Source: Actinomycetota bacterium
GTDB lineage: Bacteria; Actinomycetota; Acidimicrobiia; Acidimicrobiales; VFJN01
Direction of reading: 5' to 3'
DNA: 64,000 bases
NCBI GenBank assembly: GCA_009886035.1
Contig: VFJN01000053.1
Span: forward strand, 3,251-67,250
The position numbers were made by a program, and so were the translations under genes. Under the pieces are notes generated by a model. That model was given only the letters and a program-made list of their open reading frames with translations, had not been told where the DNA came from and did no database searches. Shown here piece by piece: positions 52,546-61,103 of this stretch. Each line of letters opens with the position of its first letter. Positions within the stretch are counted from its first letter, which is position 1.

Positions 52546-53718
52546 GTGCTGCCGGACGATGTGCTGCGGAGGGTCCTCCAATTGGTCCCGGCCGCCATCG
52601 TGGTGATCGACTCGGCGGGAGTGATCGTGCTCATGAGCGGGCAGGCGGCGGAGATGTCGGGGTGGTCACAGTCTGAATTGCTGGGTCGCGGCATCGATCA
52701 ACTGTTGTCGCCGGAGTCGATGCGGCAGCACTCCAGGTATGTCACCCGTCAGTTACAAGATGGTCCCGAGGCAAAATTCCGCCTCATCACCCAGCGATCC
52801 GACGGGAGTTCGTTTCTCGCCGAGGTGACCCTCACGGTCTTCGATCACAAAGAGGGGGAGCAGTACATGATCGCGAATCTGGCGGATGTCGGGGATCTGG
52901 GCATGACCTTCGGGGCGGACCCTGAAGCAGCCCCTCGAAGCCGGCAGGATTCCGATCGGCTCGCCGGTCTGGCTCAACTCACCGCCCAAATTTCCGGCGA
53001 CCTCACCCAACTGACGTCGGTCACCCTGGACCATGCATTGCTCCTCGAGGGGAGCATCACCAACCCGGAGGGGTTATCCACGCTGCGGCACCTTCAGCAG
53101 GCGGCGGCTGGGGCGGCGGTCCTTGGCCAGCAGATAAATGACCTTGCCCGGCGGGACTCGGTCATGGAGGAGCCGATCGACGTGAATGAGGTGGTGTGGA
53201 GCTCTGCCGAGGCGTTGGCTCTCGCCGCCGGCGACGACATTGTGGTGCACCTCAAGCTGGCTCTTTCTCCCCTCTGGGTGATGGCCGATCGACGGGAACT
53301 CGAATACGTCCTCCTGTGTATGACGCTGAACGCGCGTGATGCCACGCCGGGAGACGGGGCACTAACCATTGCCACCGGGTCTGAGCCGCACGCGGATGGC
53401 ACGGACCGTCCGCCGGCGGTGAAACTCTCGATGACCGATGAGGGGGTAGGGATGTCGCCCGAGTCGGTGGAGCAAGCCTTTGACCCGTTGTTCACTACCA
53501 AAGCGGACCGGGCAGGGATCGGCCTGGGGTTAGCGTCAGTGCGATCCTTCGCGGAGCGTGCCTTGGGAACGGCAGCAATACATTCCGTGGTGGGCGCTGG
53601 GACCACCGTGAGTTTGGTCCTGCCCGCCCTTGACGCGGTGGCGCATTTCGACCGGCGGGACCGAGCCACGGCTCTGGGAACGACCGGGATCGTCGATGAA
53701 CCCACGGCGGGCCACTGA
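52546..53718 (+). CDS. PAS-domain histidine-kinase-like protein with intact ATPase domain but Gly at the expected phospho-acceptor His
   Basis: 390 aa from a GTG start. PAS region VVIDSAGVIVLMSGQAAEMSGWSQSELLGRGIDQLL. The DHp-like LAGLAQLTAQISGDLTQLTSVTL aligns to the common LAGG(I/V)[11 protein letters not shown] box. The N box LNARDA, G1 DEGVGM, F FDPLFTTK and G2 GIGLGL are present. Confidence 0.75.
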   Translation: MLPDDVLRRVLQLVPAAIVVIDSAGVIVLMSGQAAEMSGWSQSELLGRGIDQLLSPESMRQHSRYVTRQLQDGPEAKFRLITQRSDGSSFLAEVTLTVFDHKEGEQYMIANLADVGDLGMTFGADPEAAPRSRQDSDRLAGLAQLTAQISGDLTQLTSVTLDHALLLEGSITNPEGLSTLRHLQQAAAGAAVLGQQINDLARRDSVMEEPIDVNEVVWSSAEALALAAGDDIVVHLKLALSPLWVMADRRELEYVLLCMTLNARDATPGDGALTIATGSEPHADGTDRPPAVKLSMTDEGVGMSPESVEQAFDPLFTTKADRAGIGLGLASVRSFAERALGTAAIHSVVGAGTTVSLVLPALDAVAHFDRRDRATALGTTGIVDEPTAGH

Positions 53719-53789
53719 GGGTCGTTTCGATGAGGCGCCAGCAGGGCTACGGGGCGATCATGGCAATCACTGGCAGTGCCGCCCCGCCG

Positions 53790-55184
53790 TCACCGCGGAG
53801 GAGGGTCATGGAGTGGGTCGGGTGGTGGCGCGGATGAGGCGGTGTCGGGTACCCAGTTGCCGTGGAAGCCAAGCGGCACGCGGTTCGGAAGTTGTACGCG
53901 CGCAACCGGGTCGCCGGTGGGATCCATGGCGGAGAGCACGAGCAGTTCGCAGCACTGGGTAGTGGCGTCGTGTACGAAGCTCATGAGCCAACCGTCGTCC
54001 TCGGCGGCGGTGGCATGGCGCGGGACCATCACCCATTCACCCGCCGCCCGGCCGGGGCCTAAATCGGAGCGCAGGAGGTCACCCGATCGGCCATCAATGC
54101 GGATCAGGTTTCCGCCGAAACTGTTGTCCTGATCTCGGCGACGAACTTCAGAGCCATAAGCCCACCGATGGCGGCGACCGACCACTCGCTCGTCCACCCG
54201 CGGGAACTCCAGCGGCTGATCGCTGAGCTGCTGCTCGTGCACCCTGCCGGTGACGGTATCTATTCGCCATCGCCACAGCAGGGGTGCATCGTCATCGGGG
54301 CCGAGCGTCTGGACATCGAACATGCGGTCGTAGCGGATGACGTCGATCACCACCGTGTCGCCATCGTCGTGGGCGTTGACGGCATGGAACAGATAGCACG
54401 GGGCCACCTCAAACCAGCGCACCTCGGAACCCGAACCACCGAGGGGGATGAGCCCGATGCGGGCGGGTCGATCCTCACTCCAGGAGTAGGGGAACCGACC
54501 GCCCTGCATGGCGGTGTCGAGATTGAAGGTCACCGGCAGGTCGTAGACCACGACCCAGCGCGCCGTGATCGAGCAGTCGTGCACCATCGGTCCATCGGAC
54601 ACCTCGACGGGCGATAGGTGCTTCACCACGCCATCACCGCTGATGACGGAGTACTCGAGGTACGGGATGCTCCAGTGGTAGGAGATGGCGTGGCGGTCGC
54701 CGGTCACTGGGTCCACCTTGGGGTGGGCGGTGTAACCGTGGGGAAGACCACCGTCGAAGTCGGAGTGCTGCACGGTCTCGAGGTCGTAGGTCAATTCGAC
54801 GGGGCGGGCCCCGGCTTCCACGAGGGCAAACGTCTTGCCGCCCAAGCCGATCACGTTCGTGTTGGCGGTATCCATGTTGGCGTGGCGTTCGCCGGGCGCC
54901 GGAATCTCGCCGAGAAGTTCGCTCACCCTGGTGGAGCGCACCATGCGGGCGCGGTACCAGTGGGCCTGTCCGCCGCCGAGTCGAAGCCCATGCACCATGC
55001 CGTCCCCGGCAAACCAGTGGTGGGTGGCGGGGTTCACCGCGGTAATCGGGTTCGGGCCATTGCGCAGATAGCGGCCCTCGAGTTCTTCCGGAAGCGTTCC
55101 CTCCACCACGAGTTCGGTGGCGGTGACGTCACCTTCGATGGGGGCGTAGGGCCCGGACAGCCACTTGTTCTGGGTGCTGACCAT
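53790..55184 (-). CDS. carotenoid/stilbene cleavage oxygenase (RPE65/CCO family)
   Basis: RYLRNGPNP, FAGDGMVHG, TAHPKVDPVTG, FHAVNAHD and LGFHGNW (four-His iron ligand pattern). Start set to ATG 55184, which has SD GAGGAG 6 nt upstream. The track GTG start at 55208 is possible. Confidence 0.85.
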   Translation of the reverse strand: MVSTQNKWLSGPYAPIEGDVTATELVVEGTLPEELEGRYLRNGPNPITAVNPATHHWFAGDGMVHGLRLGGGQAHWYRARMVRSTRVSELLGEIPAPGERHANMDTANTNVIGLGGKTFALVEAGARPVELTYDLETVQHSDFDGGLPHGYTAHPKVDPVTGDRHAISYHWSIPYLEYSVISGDGVVKHLSPVEVSDGPMVHDCSITARWVVVYDLPVTFNLDTAMQGGRFPYSWSEDRPARIGLIPLGGSGSEVRWFEVAPCYLFHAVNAHDDGDTVVIDVIRYDRMFDVQTLGPDDDAPLLWRWRIDTVTGRVHEQQLSDQPLEFPRVDERVVGRRHRWAYGSEVRRRDQDNSFGGNLIRIDGRSGDLLRSDLGPGRAAGEWVMVPRHATAAEDDGWLMSFVHDATTQCCELLVLSAMDPTGDPVARVQLPNRVPLGFHGNWVPDTASSAPPPDPLHDPPPR

Positions 55185-55263
55185 GCCAGGCTCCTCGGGT
55201 GGTTCCACCGATCACGCTCGTGCGGCCCCCGGGGCGGGGCTAGGTGGGCTAGACACCCATGCT

Positions 55264-56202
55264 ATGGCGCTAAGCGATGCACTCCACGATCTGGCGGCGG
55301 AGGTATCCAACTGGGGTCGCTGGGGTGAGGCCGACGAGATCGGCACCCTCAACCTCATCGACGAAGCCGCCGTCGTCCGGGGTATCGCCGCCGCTCGTAC
55401 GGGGGTGCGTATCCCCCTGGCCATTCGGCTCGACGCCAACGGTCCGCAACTGGGCACGATCCCGGGCCGCATCAATCCGTTGCACACGATGGTGGCCATC
55501 AACTCCAACTACACCGGGGGCGATGACGACGCGACGGCCTGCTGGAGCGACGACACGATCACCATGGGCTTGCAGGCCTGCACCCACTGGGATGGTCTCG
55601 CGCACGTGAGCTACGGAGGCTTTATCTACAACGGCTTCCCGGCCGAGAGTATTACCGCCGCCAACGGGGCCACCCGATGCGGGATCCACAAGGTGCGGAA
55701 CATCGTGAGCCGGGCCATTCTGCTGGACCTCCCCCGTGCCCTGGGCCAGGAGATCCTCCCTCCTGGCTATCCGATCACCGAGGACGATCTCGATGCGGCC
55801 GTGGCCCAGGCGGGGGTCCAGCCCCACTCGGGCGATGTCATCCTCGTGCGCACCGGGCAGATGACGTACTTCAAGCGCCAGGATCGCGAGGGGTATCTTC
55901 TTGGCGACCAACCGGGTCTGAGCCTGCGCACCATCCGGTGGTTCCATCGTCATGACATCGCCGCGGTGGCCATCGACACGTTGGCGATGGAGGTCTATCC
56001 CTGTGAGGACCCCCACTTGATGTTCCCGGTTCACATGATCCAACTGCGTGATATGGGCCTCACCCAGGGGCAGAATTTCGATTTGGAGGCCCTCGCCGCC
56101 CACTGCGCCGCCGACGGCGTCTACGAGATGCTGCTGGTGGCTAACCCTGAGCCGGTCACCGGCGGCACCGGCGCACCGGTCAACCCGGTAGCGATCAAAT
56201 GA
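55264..56202 (+). CDS. cyclase-family protein (kynurenine formamidase-like fold)
   Basis: 312 aa from ATG 55264. SNWGRWGEADEIGTLN, the ACTHWDGLAH metal-binding region and VAIDTLAME. Confidence 0.8.
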   Translation: MALSDALHDLAAEVSNWGRWGEADEIGTLNLIDEAAVVRGIAAARTGVRIPLAIRLDANGPQLGTIPGRINPLHTMVAINSNYTGGDDDATACWSDDTITMGLQACTHWDGLAHVSYGGFIYNGFPAESITAANGATRCGIHKVRNIVSRAILLDLPRALGQEILPPGYPITEDDLDAAVAQAGVQPHSGDVILVRTGQMTYFKRQDREGYLLGDQPGLSLRTIRWFHRHDIAAVAIDTLAMEVYPCEDPHLMFPVHMIQLRDMGLTQGQNFDLEALAAHCAADGVYEMLLVANPEPVTGGTGAPVNPVAIK

Positions 56203-56212
56203 GATACCCCCC

Positions 56213-57841
56213 ATGAGCGCCCCGGCGTCGTTTAATTTTGCTGATCTCTGGGAGATGGCCGTTGATGCCGTGGGGGATCGCGAGGCTCTTGTGGTGGGAG
56301 AGCAACGTCGTACGTACAGCCAACTCGACGAGCGGGCCAACCGATTGGCTCATCACCTGACGGGCCGAGGCGTGGGGCCGGGCCATCACGTGGGCCTCTA
56401 CCTAGAGAACTGTGCCGAGTACATCGAGGCGATGCTGGCCTGCTTCAAGATTCGGGCTGTCCCGATCAACGTGAGTTATCGCTATGTGGCGGGCGAACTG
56501 CGCCATCTACTCAACGACAGCGACACGGTTGGGGTGCTTCACGGTCCGCAGCACCAGCCTGTCCTCGCCCAGGTACTGCCGGAACTTGATCAGCGGGTGT
56601 GGACGTTGGAGACGGGCGAAATGTACGAGGCGGCGCTGATGGCGTCGTCGTCGTCCCGGCCCTCCGTACCGGAACGGGGCGACGACGACCACTACATCAT
56701 CTACACCGGCGGCACCACGGGTCTGCCGAAAGGGGTGGTGTGGCGTCACGGTGACGCATTTTTCTCCTGTATCGGGGGCGGTGACCCCATGCGGATGGAG
56801 GGAGAGGTGACCACTCCGGGAGAACTGCCGGCTCGCATCGGAGATGGCGTGACGTACCTGCCGTTGGCACCGTTGATGCACGCGGCCGCTCAGTGGACGT
56901 CGTTTATGTGGTTCTTTGCCGGGGGCACCATCGTGCTGATGGAGGGATCCCTCGATCCGGCGAAGGTCTGGCGCACCGTGGCGGCGGAGAAGGTGAACCT
57001 GCTCACCGTCGTGGGCGATGCGGTAGCCAAGCCTTTGCTCGATGCCTGGGATGCCATGCCGGGTCCGGAGCGCCCCGACATCTCCAGCGTCTTTGCTATC
57101 TCCAACGGAGGGGCGCCGATGTCTACCGGTTGCAAGGTCCGCATCCTGGACCGTTTCCCCAATGTGATGGTGGCCGATGGTTTTGGTTCGTCGGAGGCGG
57201 GCATCCAGGGCTCGTCACGGGTGGGGGCCAACGACGTGCCGGCGTCGGGAGTCATTCGGTTTTCCACCGCCGGGGCCAAGCCGTTTTTGGTGCTCGACGA
57301 CGAGGATCGGCCGGTCGTGCCCGGTGACGGGGCGGTGGGCCGCATCGTCACCGGAGGCCGGCTACCCCTTGAGTACTACCGCGATCCGGTGAAGACGGCC
57401 GCGACGTTTCTCATGGTGGACGGCGAGCGTTGGCTGATCACCGGTGACCTCGCCAAGGTGGCCACGGACGGCTCGGTGGAACTGCTCGGCCGGGGGTCCA
57501 CGTCCATCAACACGGGGGGTGAAAAGGTGCACCCCGAGGAGGTCGAAGGGATCATCCACGGGCATCCCGCGGTGGCCGATGTGCTGGTGGTGGGCGTGCC
57601 TGACGAGCGTTGGGGGAGCGCGGTGACCGCCGTCGTGCAGTTTTCCCCCGGTACCTCGGCATCATTGGAGGAGATCGTGACGCATTGCCGGGGCCAGTTG
57701 GCGGGTTACAAGGTGCCCAAGCATCTGGTGGTCGTGGACCGGGTGATGCGCTCTCCGGCGGGTAAGGCTGATTACCGCTGGGCGGTCGCCACCGCCACCC
57801 AAGGAACGGCCCGGGCGGGGAGGGGCGTCAGCGAGTCCTGA
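56213..57841 (+). CDS. AMP-dependent acyl-CoA synthetase/ligase
   Basis: 542 aa. YTGGTTGLPKG, GFGSSE, TGDLAKV and YKVPKHLV. Confidence 0.9.
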   Translation: MSAPASFNFADLWEMAVDAVGDREALVVGEQRRTYSQLDERANRLAHHLTGRGVGPGHHVGLYLENCAEYIEAMLACFKIRAVPINVSYRYVAGELRHLLNDSDTVGVLHGPQHQPVLAQVLPELDQRVWTLETGEMYEAALMASSSSRPSVPERGDDDHYIIYTGGTTGLPKGVVWRHGDAFFSCIGGGDPMRMEGEVTTPGELPARIGDGVTYLPLAPLMHAAAQWTSFMWFFAGGTIVLMEGSLDPAKVWRTVAAEKVNLLTVVGDAVAKPLLDAWDAMPGPERPDISSVFAISNGGAPMSTGCKVRILDRFPNVMVADGFGSSEAGIQGSSRVGANDVPASGVIRFSTAGAKPFLVLDDEDRPVVPGDGAVGRIVTGGRLPLEYYRDPVKTAATFLMVDGERWLITGDLAKVATDGSVELLGRGSTSINTGGEKVHPEEVEGIIHGHPAVADVLVVGVPDERWGSAVTAVVQFSPGTSASLEEIVTHCRGQLAGYKVPKHLVVVDRVMRSPAGKADYRWAVATATQGTARAGRGVSES

Positions 57842-58247
57842 CCACCGCCTGCCAGGGGAAGACCACATCGAAGGGACACACGAGGTTGGTGGCCCGCACC
57901 AGCCAGGTGATGGTGTCGGCGGCGGGGGTGGCGTAGGTCTTGAGCACGAGGCCGCGTCGTGGGTTATCAGCGGCCACATACCATTCGGTGAGAGCGGCGC
58001 AGCCATGGTCGGAGAGCCACGGGGCCGCCCGGCCGCCGAGGCCGTGTTGTAACCCGATCTCCCCGGGAGTCCAGGTAGCCAGCGGAACCGAGGGGCCGCG
58101 GTTGCTGAAAATCGACATCAGTCCACTGCGAACGGGCACGTGTTCAGCGTTCACGCCCGGCCCCAGGTTGATGAAGGCGGCGTGGTCGAGGTGCTCCAAC
58201 AAGGGGGTGATGTCGCCGCCGGGCAACTCGAGGAGGACGTCGGGCAC
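57828..58247 (-). CDS. hypothetical protein (no family assigned), divergent from csoR
   Basis: 139 aa from a GTG start. Codons are strongly GC3-biased by hand check. The 3' end overlaps the convergent ligase gene by 14 nt. Confidence 0.55.
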   Translation of the reverse strand: MPDVLLELPGGDITPLLEHLDHAAFINLGPGVNAEHVPVRSGLMSIFSNRGPSVPLATWTPGEIGLQHGLGGRAAPWLSDHGCAALTEWYVAADNPRRGLVLKTYATPAADTITWLVRATNLVCPFDVVFPWQAVVRTR

Positions 58248-58289
58248 CGGGAGAACGGTACCGCCAGGCGATACCGGAGGAGGAACCCC

Positions 58290-58308
58290 TACCCCCTAAG
58301 GGTATACT
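58290..58308 (+). promoter_or_regulatory. CsoR-type operator (TACCC-CCTAA-GGGTA) overlapping the -10 hexamer TATACT of a leaderless csoR transcript
   Basis: 5-5-5 inverted repeat at 58290-58304. TATACT at 58303-58308 ends 6 nt before ATG 58315. TACCC...GGGTA arms are the kind reported for CsoR operators. Confidence 0.6.
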
Positions 58309-58314
58309 GGGGCA

Positions 58315-58593
58315 ATGCATGGATACGGAGAACATCGAGAACAGCACCTGGCCGCGTTGCGGCGCGTGGAAGGGCAGGTTCGGGGCATTGCCCGCATGGT
58401 GGAAGACGACAAGTACTGCGTCGACATCCTCACCCAGGTGTCGGCGGCCACCCGGGCCTTGCAGTCGGTGGCGCTCCACCTCCTCGAGGAGCACCTGAGT
58501 CATTGCGTGGCCGGAGCGGTCGAGGACCCCACGGTCTTGGCGGAGAAACTGGCCGAGGCCCACACGGCCATTGCCCGGTTGGTGCGTTCATGA
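58315..58593 (+). CDS. csoR: CsoR/RcnR-family copper-sensing repressor
   Basis: 92 aa. [27 protein letters not shown]...EEHLSHCV carries the x-C-H-C Cu(I) ligand fingerprint. Confidence 0.85.
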   Translation: MHGYGEHREQHLAALRRVEGQVRGIARMVEDDKYCVDILTQVSAATRALQSVALHLLEEHLSHCVAGAVEDPTVLAEKLAEAHTAIARLVRS

Positions 58594-58799
58594 CCACCAC
58601 CACCACCTACACCGTCACCGGGATGACCTGTGGGCACTGCGTGGCGGCGGTCACCAAGGAGATCGAGGCCCTCGCCGGGGTGGTGCAGGTGGAGGTGCAG
58701 TTGGAGGCGGCTATCGCGGTGGTGACCGGCACTGCCTCCACCGATGCCATCCTCGCCGCCGTCGTGGAAGCGGGCTACGACGCCCGACCTCAGCGGTGA
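58590..58799 (+). CDS. copZ: heavy-metal-associated (HMA) copper chaperone
   Basis: 69 aa from ATG 58590 (ATGA overlap with the csoR stop). It is the tail of track ORF 58140..58799. Carries the GMTCGHC metal-binding motif. Confidence 0.85.
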   Translation: MTTTTTYTVTGMTCGHCVAAVTKEIEALAGVVQVEVQLEAAIAVVTGTASTDAILAAVVEAGYDARPQR

Positions 58800-58832
58800 G
58801 CGCAGAGTCGGGGCAACCGATGGAGGACGGCT

Positions 58833-61094
58833 ATGGCCAGCACGGCTGAGGCGAAGCGGACCACCATCGATCTCCGTATCGGCGGCATGACGTGCGCGGC
58901 CTGTGCGGCGCGTATCGAACGGACGCTCAACAAGGTCGATGGCGTCTCGGCCACCGTGAACTATGCGTTGGCATCGGCGCGCGTTGAGGGCCCGGTGTCG
59001 CTTGATCCGGCCACCCTCATCGCCGTGGTGGAGGGGGCGGGATACGAGGCTCGCCTCCCCCCGCTCGATGGTGCCCCGATCTCGCCGGAGAACAGCGGCG
59101 TGGATGCGCTCGGGCGTCGGGTTGGCATGGTGGCGCTGCTCGGCGTTCCAGTGATTCTGTTGGGGATGGTGCCGGCCTGGCAGTTCACCCACTGGCAGTG
59201 GGTCGCGTTGGTGCTCACCTTCCCGATCGCCACCTGGGGCGCGTGGCCCTTCCATCGGGCGGCGGCGGTGAACCTCCGCCACGCCACCGCGACGATGGAC
59301 ACCCTGGTGTCGGTCGGCGTGACGGTGGCCTTTACCTGGTCGGCGTGGGTGGTGGTCTTCAACGGGGACGAGGAGTCGAGCATGCACAACGGCTTCTCCT
59401 TCACCGCCAACCGAGCCCACGCCGCCAGCGCCGTCTACTTCGAAGTCGTGGCCGCCATCACACTTTTTTTGTTGGCCGGCCGTTGGTTCGAAGGGCGCGC
59501 TCGACGGCGGGGCGGGGATGCGCTGCGCGCTCTCGCCGAGTTGGGAGCCCATGACGTAGCTCGTATCGGCGTGCTCGGAGAAGAGCGAGTGCCGGTGGAA
59601 GCGCTGGTGGTGGGTGATCATTTCGTGGTGCGTCCGGGCGAGAAGATCGCCACGGATGGCCGGGTGGTGGAAGGCGCCGCCGCCATCGATGCCGCCTTGG
59701 TGACCGGGGAATCCATCCCCGTGGAGGTCACGGTGGGCGATGCGGTCACCGGCGCCACGCTCAACGCCGGCGGACGCCTGGTGGTGGAGGTCACTCGGGT
59801 GGGCGCCGACACCACGTTGGCTCGGATGGCGAAGTTGGTGGCCGATGCCCAGTCGGGGAAAGCCCCGGTGCAACGACTGGCCGATCGCGTCGCCGCCGTT
59901 TTTGTGCCGGTCGTCATTCTCATCGCGATAGCCACCCTCGGGTACTGGTGCGCCCGCGGCGACTCCGTGGCGGCGGCCATGGTCCCGGCGGTGGCCGTGC
60001 TCATCGTGGCCTGCCCCTGTGCGCTGGGTTTGGCTACCCCCATGGCCCTGCTGGTGGGGACCGGTCGGGGTGCCCAGATCGGTGTGCTGATCGCCGGCCC
60101 GGAGATTCTCGAGGCCACGCGTCGAGTCGACACAGTGGTGCTCGACAAGACCGGTACCGTCACGACGGGCCGGATGACCCTGGTGGAGGTGGTGGTAGCC
60201 GATGGAGTGGACGCCGATTGGGCCCTCACCCTTGCCGCCAGCCTCGAGGCGGCTAGCGAGCACCCCATCGCCCGGGTGATCGCGGCGGCCGTGCCGGGAG
60301 ATCGGCGAGAACCCGTGTCGGACTTCGAGTCGGCCACCGGTCTCGGGGTGAGCGGGGTCGTGGCGGGACGCTCGGTGGCGGCGGGTCGACTGAGCCACCT
60401 CACGGGAGCGGGCTATCGGCTCCCGGCATCGTTGTTCGAGGTCCATGAGCGGGCCGAGCAGCAGGGCCGCACGGCGGTGGCGGTGGCGTGGGATGGCGAA
60501 GTAGGTCTCATTGCGGTGGTAGCCGACACGGTGCGGCCCAGTTCACGGCGGGCCATCGCCGCGCTCGGAGCGCTCGGGCTCGATCCGGTCCTGGTGACTG
60601 GCGACCATTGGTTGGCGGCCCAGGCCGTGGCGGGGGAGGTGGGAATCGAGCGCGTGGTGGCGGGAGTGCTCCCTCAGGGAAAGGTGGCGGAGGTTCGACG
60701 CCTGCAGGCGGAAGGTCGGGTGGTGGCGGTGGTGGGAGACGGGGTGAACGATGCCGCCGCTCTGGCTCAGGCTGATCTGGGGCTCGCCATGGGCAGCGGG
60801 ACCGACGCCGCCATGGCCGCCGCTGACCTCACCTTGGTGCGGGCCGATCTTGATGCGGCGGTGGATGCAATCCGGCTTTCTCGGCGCACCCTGCGCACCA
60901 TCAAGGTCAACCTGGGGTGGGCCTTCGGTTACAACTTCGCCCTCATTCCCTTAGCCGCGGCCGGGCTGTTGAATCCGATGCTGGCGGGCTTTGCCATGGC
61001 CGCGTCGTCGGTCCTGGTGGTGGCCAATAGCCTGCGTCTCTTCCGGTTTCAGCCCACCCCGGCCGAGGACGCTCCGCGCCCGTCTCTCTTCTAG
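58833..61094 (+). CDS. copA: copper-translocating P1B-type ATPase
   Basis: 753 aa. N-terminal HMA GMTCAACAARIE, the transmembrane CPC motif (ACPCALGLATP), the DKTGT phosphorylation site (LDKTGTVTTG) and VGDGVNDAAAL. Confidence 0.92.
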   Translation: MASTAEAKRTTIDLRIGGMTCAACAARIERTLNKVDGVSATVNYALASARVEGPVSLDPATLIAVVEGAGYEARLPPLDGAPISPENSGVDALGRRVGMVALLGVPVILLGMVPAWQFTHWQWVALVLTFPIATWGAWPFHRAAAVNLRHATATMDTLVSVGVTVAFTWSAWVVVFNGDEESSMHNGFSFTANRAHAASAVYFEVVAAITLFLLAGRWFEGRARRRGGDALRALAELGAHDVARIGVLGEERVPVEALVVGDHFVVRPGEKIATDGRVVEGAAAIDAALVTGESIPVEVTVGDAVTGATLNAGGRLVVEVTRVGADTTLARMAKLVADAQSGKAPVQRLADRVAAVFVPVVILIAIATLGYWCARGDSVAAAMVPAVAVLIVACPCALGLATPMALLVGTGRGAQIGVLIAGPEILEATRRVDTVVLDKTGTVTTGRMTLVEVVVADGVDADWALTLAASLEAASEHPIARVIAAAVPGDRREPVSDFESATGLGVSGVVAGRSVAAGRLSHLTGAGYRLPASLFEVHERAEQQGRTAVAVAWDGEVGLIAVVADTVRPSSRRAIAALGALGLDPVLVTGDHWLAAQAVAGEVGIERVVAGVLPQGKVAEVRRLQAEGRVVAVVGDGVNDAAALAQADLGLAMGSGTDAAMAAADLTLVRADLDAAVDAIRLSRRTLRTIKVNLGWAFGYNFALIPLAAAGLLNPMLAGFAMAASSVLVVANSLRLFRFQPTPAEDAPRPSLF

Positions 61095-61103
61095 GGTGCC
61101 GCG

